64,000 bases of DNA, from positions 17,319-81,318 of IMG/VR virus record IMGVR_UViG_3300030061_003724. The stretch is one strand, 5' to 3'. This DNA comes from a virus. Shown here in pieces: positions 38,530 through 48,771 of the stretch. The notes under the pieces were generated by a model. The model did no database searches. It saw nothing but the letters and a program-made list of their open reading frames with translations, and had not been told where the DNA came from. Made by a program: the position numbers and the translations under genes. The number at the start of each line of letters is the position of its first letter. The stretch's first letter is position 1.

Positions 38530-40652
38530 TATTTTTGAATGTAATTTATATTATCACCTTGACCATCATAATTGTTACCAGTTGCTGCTGCTAAACTTAT
38601 ATAATGTTGTTTACCAAATCTAGTTAATTTACCTTTGCTATTAAATACATTATCCTGTACTCTTGGTACAAAGTTATGAATTGGTATAAAGTCAAATCCT
38701 GTTACATTAACAATCATAGGTAATTCTTTTACACTTGGGTCAGTTTTAATAGCTGTATTTGGGCTAGTAGGATTTATAACAGAAATATTATTTGAGTCTG
38801 GTATTGCTATTTCCCATGGGGATTCATCAGGTATTTCTAATGATATACCTTTCATTATACCTACTTGTTCTTGAAACCAACCACCTAATGTTAAAGATAT
38901 TAAATTACCTTGCATATACCCTTGATTTGAATAATCAGGAGCACAAACTGAAGCTAGATAATTTAATTTTTGGTGCATTGGTATTAATTCTTGTTTTGAT
39001 TGAGCTGCTACTGTCCAATTTACGGAAACTGTTCTATCAAATCCACTATATCTATAAAAGTTTTCAGCACGACCCATAAACTTTTGAGCTTCCCAATCTG
39101 ATGTGTATGAATCTCTTATACCATTTACTAATGCTCTAAAATGTACATATGTTTTTTGTCCTGATCCATCGTTTGCAAATACACCAATTCTAAATTTTAC
39201 TAAATCATTTTTATCATTATCTGCTGTTACTTGGCTTGATTTATATAATGGGAAAGCATTAATTTTATCTACTGCATTTTTATATGAGCTATTACTTTTA
39301 GCGCTACTACCAGCAATTTCTTGATCTAAACCTAATTTACCTATAGTAAAACTTTGTAAATTACCTCTTCTACCAGGATCACCTAAATTTACTCTTGATT
39401 CAATTCTATTTTCGCTTGGTATTGTATTACCATTATTATCAGTAGATTTTAAATCTAAACCTTTAGGTTGTTGTTTTGATCCATTAGGGGCAACTATTTG
39501 ATAATAAGGTGTTGGTAAAATATTTGTAATAGATGTGGGTTGAGTTTCAGATAATTGTTTCTGATCCATTACTTCAACATCTAAACCAGCTGTTCCTGAT
39601 TTAAATGCGATACCTGTTTTATTAGATTTAAATGTAACTATACCATCTTCACTAATTGAAAGTGAATAAACATTGTTATTTAATACACTTATTAATTCTT
39701 CATTTTCTCTAAATAAATCTTCAACTATATCAGATACTCCAAGTGAAGAACCATAAATTAAAGAAGCACCAAGGCTTCGAGTATAATCTTTTCCTGGTCT
39801 ACTAGGACCACTATCAGTTTGATTTACTAAATTGTAAATGTATTTAGGTTTCTTATAGAAAATTTGTTTACTATCGTCACCTTCTAAAAGACCAAATGTT
39901 GTAGGTGTATATTGTAGTTGATTTTTATTAATATTATTGATACCTGTTCTTTGATCAGATACCATATCAATATTAGTTCTACCTACTCCTAAAGTTGCAC
40001 CTGGTCCTCCACTATAACTGTATAATGTTTGACCTTGTGTTTCAGTTGTTATTACTTTATCAACTAAACCAAGTAATCTACTTTTATTACCTCCATCTCC
40101 ATCAGTAGCTATAGTATTTAAATAAGTAGGTAATCCTAAAGGTGAATTTCCATCAGGAGATCCCTGTGTTGTTCTTTTTAAAGGATTAAGTCCTTGTTTA
40201 TTTAAGTGAATACCTAAAGCATTTCCTGCTGATTGTCCTAAAGTGCTTAGGGGAGTATAGACACCTTGATTTGTAGCAAAATTATTAGAAATAAAGCCAG
40301 CTAAACCAGTTAATACATTATTATCTTGTTCAGTATTATATTCTTCATATCCTACAGAAGAATTAACATTTGTTAATGATAATACATTTTGTTTAATTGT
40401 AAATAATGCTCCTCGTGTTTGACCAAATAATCTTAGTAATCTAGATCCGTCATTAAGAATATTTCTAGGGACAAGATAACCTCCACGCAGTAAAAAATCC
40501 GGCCCGCCTGTTTTTGATGCATCTTCTACATCATCAATTGGGAAGATTTGGGGTGGTCTCTCTTTCCATCCACCGCCTGGAGTATCACCAGGTACACTGG
40601 AATAGTGTTTAGAGACAAATTGGCTATCTCTATATAAATCCCTTAATGGCAT
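38529..40652 (-). CDS. Putative tail tube initiator/baseplate protein
   Basis: C-terminal FRA...DSY..W.....GR.E.FY.Y.GF.R domain; follows the tape measure gene. Confidence 0.55.
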   Translation of the reverse strand: MPLRDLYRDSQFVSKHYSSVPGDTPGGGWKERPPQIFPIDDVEDASKTGGPDFLLRGGYLVPRNILNDGSRLLRLFGQTRGALFTIKQNVLSLTNVNSSVGYEEYNTEQDNNVLTGLAGFISNNFATNQGVYTPLSTLGQSAGNALGIHLNKQGLNPLKRTTQGSPDGNSPLGLPTYLNTIATDGDGGNKSRLLGLVDKVITTETQGQTLYSYSGGPGATLGVGRTNIDMVSDQRTGINNINKNQLQYTPTTFGLLEGDDSKQIFYKKPKYIYNLVNQTDSGPSRPGKDYTRSLGASLIYGSSLGVSDIVEDLFRENEELISVLNNNVYSLSISEDGIVTFKSNKTGIAFKSGTAGLDVEVMDQKQLSETQPTSITNILPTPYYQIVAPNGSKQQPKGLDLKSTDNNGNTIPSENRIESRVNLGDPGRRGNLQSFTIGKLGLDQEIAGSSAKSNSSYKNAVDKINAFPLYKSSQVTADNDKNDLVKFRIGVFANDGSGQKTYVHFRALVNGIRDSYTSDWEAQKFMGRAENFYRYSGFDRTVSVNWTVAAQSKQELIPMHQKLNYLASVCAPDYSNQGYMQGNLISLTLGGWFQEQVGIMKGISLEIPDESPWEIAIPDSNNISVINPTSPNTAIKTDPSVKELPMIVNVTGFDFIPIHNFVPRVQDNVFNSKGKLTRFGKQHYISLAAATGNNYDGQGDNINYIQK

Positions 40653-40654
40653 AA

Positions 40655-40882
40655 TTATCTAGGTAAATTATCTAAATACTTTACTGGGGGTTGTTGTGGA
40701 TCCATAGTTGATGGTTGTGGTAACACACCATTTCTAGGTCTTACAGCATCAGCATCTGGATCATTATTTACAGAATAATCTTTATGCAATGTTGATCGCT
40801 TAAAATCAGGAATGTTTGGTGTTTGACCATCTAAACCACTTAATTGAGATCCTTGTTGTGTTAATTTGTTTAATAGACTCAT
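40655..40882 (-). CDS. Small hypothetical virion-associated protein
   Basis: 75 aa with its own class-2 promoter motif. Confidence 0.6.
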   Translation of the reverse strand: MSLLNKLTQQGSQLSGLDGQTPNIPDFKRSTLHKDYSVNNDPDADAVRPRNGVLPQPSTMDPQQPPVKYLDNLPR

Positions 40883-40896
40883 GATTAATTGTTTTA

Positions 40897-40906
40897 TTAT
40901 AAATAT
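40897..40906 (-). promoter_or_regulatory. Class-2 promoter candidate ATATTTATAA
   Basis: Recurrent intergenic 10-mer. Confidence 0.6.
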
Positions 40907-40910
40907 TAAA

Positions 40911-43247
40911 TTATTGTATCTCGTATAATCCTACAGGGGACATTTGAGGTTTCTTCTTATTTTGTGTAACTAGCTCACGTAATAGTGAATTTGTTTCTTT
41001 ATTATTATCTCCCATTGACATAGTTCCTGCAGGTGCTGATAGTATATCATCTCCTTTAGAAAATAAATCTGTACCTGCTACAATAGTATCTTTATTATTT
41101 AATGCTATTGCTCCTTCAGGACCTATCAATGTTCTTTTTCCATACCCACTAGTTCCATCTCCTGCAGATAATAAATCATCTGCTTTACCCATTTCAGAAT
41201 TAAAGTATGCCATACCTCCTGCTATAGCTGCTAAAGCTACAGCTACACCAATACCTAAAGTAAGTGTACCATTTAAGAATAATGCAGCTATACCTGCTGC
41301 TGTTAATAAGGATACTACAGTTCCCATAACTGAACCAAATGAGTTAGCCCAATTTATTAAAGCTGTAAGTGGAGATAATATAAATGTTACAATATTAAGT
41401 ATTCCTGTAAATAAACCTAATATTGGTTCTAATGCTGCAAATACATCAACTAGTATATCTTTTAATTTATCTACCGTTGCATTAAATTCATCTGCAGCTG
41501 TTTGTTGTTCTAATTGGGTAGCTAATTCATCTTTACCCATTGCTCTTAATTCCTTAGCTGTTTTTCCTTGAATATCTTGTTGGAATAAAATATCAGCTAA
41601 TTGATCAGCTTGCATACCCATTGCTGCTGCTAGGGCTTCTTGTTGAATAACATTCATAGCAGAGAATTCTTCGAAATCTCCTGCTTGTTCTTTTAATTCT
41701 TTTCCTAAAGTAGCTAAATCACCATTTAGAGCTGCTTGTCTTGCTTTTTCTAAATTAATATCTCTATTTAGTAACAATTCAGCTTGTAATTCATTAGCAA
41801 TAGATGATTCAAAATCTAACATTGCTGCACCTGCACCTGCAACATCATCTAAGCTTCCTCCTAATAACTTAGCTTGAGTAACAGCTTCTACCATTGCTTC
41901 AGTACTTGCTCCTAATTGAGCTCTCATAACACCCGTAATAGCTGCCGTTTCTTCTAATAATTTTCTTAGATCAAATTGAACACCTTCTTGAACTTGCATT
42001 TCATGACTTACAGCTAGGGCGTTTTTAAATTGGTCCTCTAAATTTCCACCTGTTGAAGCAGATAACATAGCTAAACTACCTGCTGCTTCAGCTTCTAATC
42101 CTATTTGTTCTGTTAATTTTGTTGTTGTGGCTAATGTTTCAGCTGATAAACCTGATATAAATCCAAACTGTTCTGTTATAGCTTGGTAGGTTTTTAATAT
42201 TTTTGATGTTGTAACATTTATATTATTTGATGCTAATGCTGCTTCACTTAACTCTGTTCTAAATAAAACAGCTTCTCTTTCAGTCATTAACAGAGTTTTC
42301 TGCATGTAAGTTGCCTGTACATTTGCTTCTTTTAAAGCTTCAAAGAACATCATAAATACAGCAACTGGACCTAGTGCGTCTTTTAGTCCTTTTGCTAACT
42401 CTTTAGCACCGGCCGCAAAAGCATTCATTTCTCCTTCGGGCAACATTCCTGTATCTACATCTGCTAAACTAAAACCTTCACCACCTTTCTCGCCTTGTAC
42501 ACCTGAAAGTGCTTCCTCATCACTCAGCCCTTGGGCCTTGAGCTCATCAAACATAGCTAACCTTTTGTTATGGGCTATGTTTTGATCTATTAGTCTTTTC
42601 TTCTCCTTCTCATCTAAACCTTTAAACATTTTTTCATTCTGCTTAGCGGTTTCTATTGTTGCCGCAGCAGCATTTTCAAAAGGTTCTGATAATCCACTTA
42701 AACCTGGTATTGATTTTACTACTTTAGATATAGTACTAAACATACCTACTCCAAAAGTATCTTTAATTATCTCTTGTTCTTTTCTTATATCTCTTAAAGT
42801 TTCAAGAAATTCATCTGCTTTATTAATAGAATCCTGAGCTGCTGCTGCATCTTCAGTTAATAGCTCTCCTGTTGCTATGGCTGTTCTTAATCGTAATTTT
42901 TCTTGAGCTATTTTTTTCTTAGTAAGGTCTAATTCTTTTTCAGATATTAATTGATTAGAATTATAGGTAGTTGAAAGTTTGCTGGCTAAGCTAGATAAGC
43001 CTCTTATTGCAGATTTAGAGGAATTTAAAGCTACATTGGTTTTAGTTATTTCATCTAAATTACCTTGAAATATACCATAAAGACCTTCTAAATTAGATTC
43101 TATATCACCTAATTCTTTTTCAAGTCCTTTTAAGTAAGCTCGTTCTTTTTCTATTTGTTTAGGATCAAATATAGAACGTTTTTTATCGAGTCGTTTTTCG
43201 AGTCGTCTTATATCTTGCTCTAACTCCTTTATTTCCTTTCTGTTCAT
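40911..43247 (-). CDS. Tail tape measure protein
   Basis: 778 aa, Ala/Leu-rich helical, hydrophobic segments near the C-terminus; canonical position after tube and chaperones. Confidence 0.8.
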   Translation of the reverse strand: MNRKEIKELEQDIRRLEKRLDKKRSIFDPKQIEKERAYLKGLEKELGDIESNLEGLYGIFQGNLDEITKTNVALNSSKSAIRGLSSLASKLSTTYNSNQLISEKELDLTKKKIAQEKLRLRTAIATGELLTEDAAAAQDSINKADEFLETLRDIRKEQEIIKDTFGVGMFSTISKVVKSIPGLSGLSEPFENAAAATIETAKQNEKMFKGLDEKEKKRLIDQNIAHNKRLAMFDELKAQGLSDEEALSGVQGEKGGEGFSLADVDTGMLPEGEMNAFAAGAKELAKGLKDALGPVAVFMMFFEALKEANVQATYMQKTLLMTEREAVLFRTELSEAALASNNINVTTSKILKTYQAITEQFGFISGLSAETLATTTKLTEQIGLEAEAAGSLAMLSASTGGNLEDQFKNALAVSHEMQVQEGVQFDLRKLLEETAAITGVMRAQLGASTEAMVEAVTQAKLLGGSLDDVAGAGAAMLDFESSIANELQAELLLNRDINLEKARQAALNGDLATLGKELKEQAGDFEEFSAMNVIQQEALAAAMGMQADQLADILFQQDIQGKTAKELRAMGKDELATQLEQQTAADEFNATVDKLKDILVDVFAALEPILGLFTGILNIVTFILSPLTALINWANSFGSVMGTVVSLLTAAGIAALFLNGTLTLGIGVAVALAAIAGGMAYFNSEMGKADDLLSAGDGTSGYGKRTLIGPEGAIALNNKDTIVAGTDLFSKGDDILSAPAGTMSMGDNNKETNSLLRELVTQNKKKPQMSPVGLYEIQ

Positions 43248-43263
43248 ATAGGGTAATTATATG

Positions 43264-43273
43264 TTATAAATAT
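43264..43273 (-). promoter_or_regulatory. Class-2 promoter candidate ATATTTATAA
   Basis: Recurrent intergenic 10-mer upstream of the tape measure gene. Confidence 0.6.
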
Positions 43274-43275
43274 TA

Positions 43276-43590
43276 TTACTTATAACCTGTTTTACCTTTA
43301 TATGGTTTACTTGCTTCTGCAAAGGCAGGAACGTTAACTTTACCATCTTTGTTAACTAATGTTTGTTTTCCTTTACCCTTACTAGCAGCATCATGCTGTT
43401 TCTTTTCTTCAGCGTAGTAATCTTGTATTTCTTTAAATGTAAATTTCCTTAACCATATAGGCATATTATAAATAGTATAATAATCGTAGGCTCCTTTACT
43501 GTGGAATATGATTGAATGTAAGCTTTTAAAGAGGCTCATTCTTACCTCCTGGGCGTTCTCAGATGTCAGGCCAAAAAAACCCGATTCCAA
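43276..43590 (-). CDS. Tail assembly chaperone, downstream ORF (possible frameshift product)
   Basis: YNMPIWLRKF motif; overlaps the upstream gene across a T7 run. Confidence 0.6.
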   Translation of the reverse strand: MESGFFGLTSENAQEVRMSLFKSLHSIIFHSKGAYDYYTIYNMPIWLRKFTFKEIQDYYAEEKKQHDAASKGKGKQTLVNKDGKVNVPAFAEASKPYKGKTGYK

Positions 43591-44287
43591 TAGGAATTTT
43601 TACCTCCTCTCCTTCGTCAGAAGTGACATTTAAGTCAATATCTGGCTGGGTGTCTGCAACGTGCTCCCTGAACGCTCTTGAATCAATTGCCAAGAATTGG
43701 TTATCAATATAACTTCTAACAGCTTTTCTTTCCGAGTCTCCATTTACAGACAGAATCATATATTTTAATCTTGTTGTTAAATTAAATGATCCTTCTTTAT
43801 TTAACTTTTTTAACCCGTCAATTTCTTTTTGGATCTGTCTTTCATCCTTACCATTTAAAATTTTATATGTAAGCACATCTCCTGATCTTTCTACTTTATA
43901 GGTAAATTCATTTTTACCTGCTTCTAATGATTTCTCATCAAATGGTTTATTTTCTACTTCAGTTAAATCCGCAGAATGTGTTTTTCCCATTAATCTAAAT
44001 TCATATTTTTTACCATATCCTAAAATACGAGTAGCAACTAAAAGTGCATTTTTATCACCTACAATTAAATCATCTACATTAATTTTTGAATCTACAATTA
44101 CAGATGCTAATAATTTATCTAATACAGTTCCTTTTTGAATATAAGATTGATTAGAAAGAATATCTTCTTCTTTAGCAGTCATGTATTTTATTTCTACTTT
44201 ACCTGAAGATAATGGGTTTTCTTTTGAATATACCAACCCTTTAGATGGTAAGTCAATTTCTTCCGTTGGGAATTTAAATTCGCTCAT
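43559..44287 (-). CDS. Tail/baseplate assembly chaperone (T4 gp26-like)
   Basis: LPSKG..Y, MTAKEEDIL, GDKNA, terminal FFWP; start moved to MSEFK. Confidence 0.7.
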   Translation of the reverse strand: MSEFKFPTEEIDLPSKGLVYSKENPLSSGKVEIKYMTAKEEDILSNQSYIQKGTVLDKLLASVIVDSKINVDDLIVGDKNALLVATRILGYGKKYEFRLMGKTHSADLTEVENKPFDEKSLEAGKNEFTYKVERSGDVLTYKILNGKDERQIQKEIDGLKKLNKEGSFNLTTRLKYMILSVNGDSERKAVRSYIDNQFLAIDSRAFREHVADTQPDIDLNVTSDEGEEVKIPIGIGFFWPDI

Positions 44288-44337
44288 ATAATCTTTATTT
44301 AGTTTATAACGTGTTTTATAGTTATACATATTAATAT

Positions 44338-44364
44338 AAAAAAAAAGCTTGGCAAAGCCAAGCT
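44338..44364 (-). terminator. Rho-independent terminator after the tail tube gene
   Basis: AGCTTGGC-TTT-GCCAAGCT stem-loop followed by a long T run on the minus strand. Confidence 0.85.
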
Positions 44365-44390
44365 ATTTTCATAAAATATGTATTTTTTTC

Positions 44391-44879
44391 TTAGAAGTTT
44401 AAGATACAATAATCTGGTTGTACTTCTAGAGAAATTTCTTGAGCAGCATTTTCAGTATCCCAATTGTAATCTCCAAAATCAGCTGATGTAATTAATGCTC
44501 CTTTAATGATCCATTCAGATACTATATCACCTACTGGTCCTAGTACGTCTAATGTTAGATCTTTTTTATAGAAATCACTATATCCATCTCTACCTGTTAC
44601 TGATTCGTGGTGTAATCTTACCCATTCCATTACTGCTTGTGCACCTGATGGAGTAATTGGGTCAAATAACGTCATTGAAATTGGAGCCCATGTAGATTTA
44701 CCTTTAACAAATCTTTGAACGTTAATATGATTTAAAGCTACTGTACCTTGGTTTAATGTTACAGCTCCCATACCTTTAATTTGGTACGATGGAATCCCAT
44801 CTACATAAAGAATAAATCTATTCTTTTGTTTTGGCTCAAATGCTGTAAAAAATATTTCGTTTGGGTCTAATACTGCCAT
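44391..44879 (-). CDS. Tail tube protein (gp19-like)
   Basis: FEPKQKNRF, YKKD..L..L.P.G.....W..KGA; directly after the sheath gene. Confidence 0.85.
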   Translation of the reverse strand: MAVLDPNEIFFTAFEPKQKNRFILYVDGIPSYQIKGMGAVTLNQGTVALNHINVQRFVKGKSTWAPISMTLFDPITPSGAQAVMEWVRLHHESVTGRDGYSDFYKKDLTLDVLGPVGDIVSEWIIKGALITSADFGDYNWDTENAAQEISLEVQPDYCILNF

Positions 44880-44897
44880 TTTTATTGTCTTATTTTA

Positions 44898-44907
44898 TTA
44901 TAAATAT
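44898..44907 (-). promoter_or_regulatory. Class-2 promoter candidate ATATTTATAA
   Basis: Recurrent intergenic 10-mer upstream of the tube gene. Confidence 0.6.
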
Positions 44908-44922
44908 TCTATTTTTTAGTTT

Positions 44923-46923
44923 TTATGATGGAAATGTTGCTCCAGTTGGAAGAACATTGAAATCCAAAATTATAAATTCAGCTGTTTTAGTTGGTTGTAA
45001 ATAAATTTGACCTACTAACTCATTTCTATCAATAACATCTGGTGTGTTATTAGTAGCATCCATTACTACTTTAAACGCATACAATCCTTGTCTTTGTTGT
45101 ACTGATTCTAAGTATGGATTTACTTGTGATAAGAAATTATTTCTTGTGCTAATTGTATTTTGTTCAAATACTAAGTTATCTGATACTTGTACAATAAAGC
45201 TCTTAAGTGAGATTAATAATCTTCTTACATTTACTCTATCTAAAGCGCTTGCTCTTTTCTGTAATGTTTTCTGACCAAATACTACTGTTCCACTTCCTGG
45301 GAATGTTGCAATTGGGTTAACATTTGCTTCATATAATGTATCTCTATTACCTGAAGTTAATTTTCTTTCAGCTCTGATTACATTTCCTAAAGCACCTCTA
45401 ATTAAACCTGCTGGTGCAAACCATGGGTCAGATGATGCGTCTGTAAACGCATATACGCCTGGTATAAACACTGAAGCTGGGCTCCATACAGTTTGTGCTG
45501 TACTTGGATCAATCGATTGTAACCACGGCCAATACGCAGCTGCATAACTTGAATCAAATGCGCCTGCTTGTGTAGTTACTGTGTTGATTGTTGAATTATA
45601 AGGTACTAAATCAACTACTGCTATACAATCTGTTCTGCTTTGTGCCAAGCTAACCATTTGATTAACTGGTGAAGCGTGTAAAGAGTGAATTAAACCTGGA
45701 GCTGAGATTACATTAAATTGGTAATCATCAGTATTAGTTAATAGGTTTAATGATTGAGTATAATCATTTGGACCAACCCCTTGTATGTTAGTTGATGTAA
45801 TATTTTCGTTAAATTTAGCATCATTGTTTTCATAGTTACTACCTTGTCCACCTTGGAACGAACCTGATGCTACAATTGGTAAGCTATTAAAGAATGAAGA
45901 TTTAGCATTTCCATTATTGTCAAAATATTGTGGTGTAGGAGTTAATACACTTGAAACTCTTACATATGCACTTCTGTTAGGATAGTTACCATTTGTTTTA
46001 ACATAATAATCTGTACCATCTTGTTCTACTGTATAGTAAGTATCTCCAATTGCTCTAGCTACATAGTTAGGAGCTGTTGGATCCATTGATAAGTTATTAT
46101 AAGACTCTAATATTGCTTTTTGGTTATTAACGTCATTACCACGTCTAATGAATAAAGCAAATTGTCCTGATGCTGTATTTTGTGAAGGAATTTCCCATCT
46201 TAAGTTATCAGCTGTACCAAGTGGCAGAGCTCCGTTAGCTAAATCTCCTGTAGATGAGTAGTTATTCATAATACTACCTTCTGATAAAGTAGATAATGTA
46301 AATGCTACACCAGTAATTATATCAGCGGATGTTAATAGTACTTCTACGTTAGTTGTACCACCTATGGTAGATGAAGGAATTGATAAGTATTCTCCAACTG
46401 CATATCCAGTTCCTGCTGTGAATTTTATACTAGTTACTGTTTGGTCTGAACCAACAACTACTACCGCTGCTGCACTATTACTTCCACCACCACCTGTGAT
46501 ATCACCTGCGTTTAATGTGTAAGATCCTACTATACCATCGGATGTGTTTGTTGATATTGAACCACTAACGTTAAATTGAGTATTTAAAGTTCCTGCTGCA
46601 GTAGCTGCATTATGGATACTTGAAGAAGCTTCACTGAATGAGCCAGTTACTACTCTAGTTACTAATAGTGACTCGCCACCTTGTTCAAAGTAATTTTGAG
46701 CTGCTGTTGAGTTTAGGTATGTGTAATATTGGCTACCGCTTTCTACTGTTCCACCAAAAATAGCTTTATATTGAGAAAAAGAAGATACTGCTGTTGGGAT
46801 ACCAACTGGTCCCATAACTGCTGGTCCTATAATTGCTGCACCATAAGTAACTGGTCTTGAACCAATAAATGATGAGTCATTTTCTCTTGCTAATACACCG
46901 GGAGATATTAATGTTTCTGCCAT
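44923..46923 (-). CDS. Contractile tail sheath protein (gp18-like)
   Basis: SPGV..RE, WFAPAG..RG, NPI, GQKT, RVNVRRL, FEQN, PTKTAEFI. Confidence 0.95.
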   Translation of the reverse strand: MAETLISPGVLARENDSSFIGSRPVTYGAAIIGPAVMGPVGIPTAVSSFSQYKAIFGGTVESGSQYYTYLNSTAAQNYFEQGGESLLVTRVVTGSFSEASSSIHNAATAAGTLNTQFNVSGSISTNTSDGIVGSYTLNAGDITGGGGSNSAAAVVVVGSDQTVTSIKFTAGTGYAVGEYLSIPSSTIGGTTNVEVLLTSADIITGVAFTLSTLSEGSIMNNYSSTGDLANGALPLGTADNLRWEIPSQNTASGQFALFIRRGNDVNNQKAILESYNNLSMDPTAPNYVARAIGDTYYTVEQDGTDYYVKTNGNYPNRSAYVRVSSVLTPTPQYFDNNGNAKSSFFNSLPIVASGSFQGGQGSNYENNDAKFNENITSTNIQGVGPNDYTQSLNLLTNTDDYQFNVISAPGLIHSLHASPVNQMVSLAQSRTDCIAVVDLVPYNSTINTVTTQAGAFDSSYAAAYWPWLQSIDPSTAQTVWSPASVFIPGVYAFTDASSDPWFAPAGLIRGALGNVIRAERKLTSGNRDTLYEANVNPIATFPGSGTVVFGQKTLQKRASALDRVNVRRLLISLKSFIVQVSDNLVFEQNTISTRNNFLSQVNPYLESVQQRQGLYAFKVVMDATNNTPDVIDRNELVGQIYLQPTKTAEFIILDFNVLPTGATFPS

Positions 46924-46952
46924 TGTCTTATATTATATTTAATATTGTTTTA

Positions 46953-46962
46953 TTATAAATAT
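46953..46962 (-). promoter_or_regulatory. Class-2 promoter candidate ATATTTATAA
   Basis: Recurrent intergenic 10-mer upstream of the sheath gene. Confidence 0.6.
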
Positions 46963-46981
46963 GAGAAACTATTTCAAAAAT

Positions 46982-47254
46982 CTATTTTATTGCAGTAAAT
47001 TCTCCAGTTTCTAGTTCTATATTACCTTCACCGTATTTATCTGTCAATTCCTGACCAACTTTTGCATGTTTAGCTTTAAGGTCTTTAAAATCGTTTCTTA
47101 AATTTTTTCTTCTTTCTTTTAAACTTTCAAGATTTGTTGTTAACGCATCTATATCTAGGTCTAAAGTTCCCAAATTAACAATAATCTCATTATTTTTAGT
47201 TTGGATTTCTTTCAATGTTTGCAACTCTTCTTCTTGCAACTTAATTACTGACAT
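46982..47254 (-). CDS. Small coiled-coil protein
   Basis: 90 aa ending KYGEGNIELETGEF; class-2 motif at 47269-47278. Confidence 0.7.
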   Translation of the reverse strand: MSVIKLQEEELQTLKEIQTKNNEIIVNLGTLDLDIDALTTNLESLKERRKNLRNDFKDLKAKHAKVGQELTDKYGEGNIELETGEFTAIK

Positions 47255-47295
47255 AATTTTTTATTTTGTTATAAATATTAATAAAATGTTTAAAA

Positions 47296-48240
47296 TTAAT
47301 CCCTTTTTCTACCATCCCAAGTCGGATTCCAAAGTACATCACTGTCATGAATATTACTAACAGCTTCAGTTGTTATTGTAACTTTAGCTTTAGAATTATA
47401 CTTTTTAGTTGAATTTAGATCCTTTTGAATAGTATCTGGGATTAAATATCCACGTAATCTAATATTAAATGTTCCAGTAACCAACCTATCTTTATTAGCT
47501 GTTAATTCTGTTGCTGTAGAAAAACTATCAATGAATGCTCTAAACATATATCTTTCAGGATTACCCCAATAAGCATCTGATGCATACTCACACGCTTCGA
47601 CTATCTTATTTAGTTGCTCCATATAATAAGTTTGAATTAAACAACTATATTCCATAGTAACGTAATCTGGTTGTGCTACTACTTGGAAAGTTTCTACTGG
47701 TTTTCTATTATTTAATGTAGCAAAATTACTATAAAAGTTTTTAGAATTGAATTGTTTAGAATAAACACCATATAAATTAGGCATATTAGCATCTAATTTG
47801 TTTGCTACTGTTCTATCTTTTGTTATAGTATCTCTTTTAAGAACAATAATAGGTAACATAATAGCACCTTTTTTATCTCTATAGTACCCATCTCTTTGAA
47901 ATGATTTCCATCTCTCAGGAGCACCATATATTACAGGTACTTCTCTACGTTGACCATTTTGATAAACAAAAGGTTTAATTTTATTTTCAAAATAATAAAA
48001 TACTGCTTCATCAATATCTTTAACACCTACTGAAAATTGTTTAGTAGAATCATCTTTAAAACTCATTTGAGATGATCTATTATGTTCTATACCTGTTTCA
48101 CTATAATTTGGATTATTAGGTATATTAGCGTCATTAGGGTTTCCTACTCTTCCACGATTTTCTATCCCACTAAAAGCACTATGTTTCTTTTCGCTTAAAG
48201 TTAATTGAGATTTTGGTATTGGTTTTCTTGGTTTTGCCAT
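47296..48240 (-). CDS. Tail completion/sheath stabiliser (gp15-like)
   Basis: VPVIYGAPERW, LP.I; between the neck and sheath genes. Confidence 0.65.
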   Translation of the reverse strand: MAKPRKPIPKSQLTLSEKKHSAFSGIENRGRVGNPNDANIPNNPNYSETGIEHNRSSQMSFKDDSTKQFSVGVKDIDEAVFYYFENKIKPFVYQNGQRREVPVIYGAPERWKSFQRDGYYRDKKGAIMLPIIVLKRDTITKDRTVANKLDANMPNLYGVYSKQFNSKNFYSNFATLNNRKPVETFQVVAQPDYVTMEYSCLIQTYYMEQLNKIVEACEYASDAYWGNPERYMFRAFIDSFSTATELTANKDRLVTGTFNIRLRGYLIPDTIQKDLNSTKKYNSKAKVTITTEAVSNIHDSDVLWNPTWDGRKRD

Positions 48241-48770
48241 TAGAATCTTTCTTGATAAGGTGAAATCGCTACTTTATCAGCAGGGATATAATAAGTTGAA
48301 ACTAAAATTGATACATTATTACCAAATTCTTCTAACCCAGGATTAAGTGGATTAAGTTCTCCATCTGAATCATTATTAGGGTAATCTGGGTTTTTACCTC
48401 CCCAATATTGGTTTGCTACTGTACTTTGTACTCCATAATATGCTTCTTCATACAGTATAATATCTCCTACTCTAGGAACAACATCTTTTTCTACTAAATC
48501 ATCTCTTAAAAAATAGAATTCAATAGGTTGATCAAATTGTACCCCTTCTTCATTTAAAGCATATTCTTGATTTGATCTATTAATTAATACATTAAATAAA
48601 AAAGGACCATTATAATATTTTTCTTCAGCTGCTTCACCATAAATATTTACTTTTGTTTGTTCTAGCTGAAATTGGTAGACCGCTGCTTGTTGAGTAATAA
48701 TATTACCCATTACTTCCCTATTTAGGTGCCTCATAAGAGACCAGTCCCTTTGTCTAGTAAACATTGCCAT
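48240..48770 (-). CDS. Neck/head-closure protein (gp14-like)
   Basis: NIYGE, P.VGDII; synteny. Confidence 0.65.
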   Translation of the reverse strand: MAMFTRQRDWSLMRHLNREVMGNIITQQAAVYQFQLEQTKVNIYGEAAEEKYYNGPFLFNVLINRSNQEYALNEEGVQFDQPIEFYFLRDDLVEKDVVPRVGDIILYEEAYYGVQSTVANQYWGGKNPDYPNNDSDGELNPLNPGLEEFGNNVSILVSTYYIPADKVAISPYQERF

Positions 48771-48771
48771 A

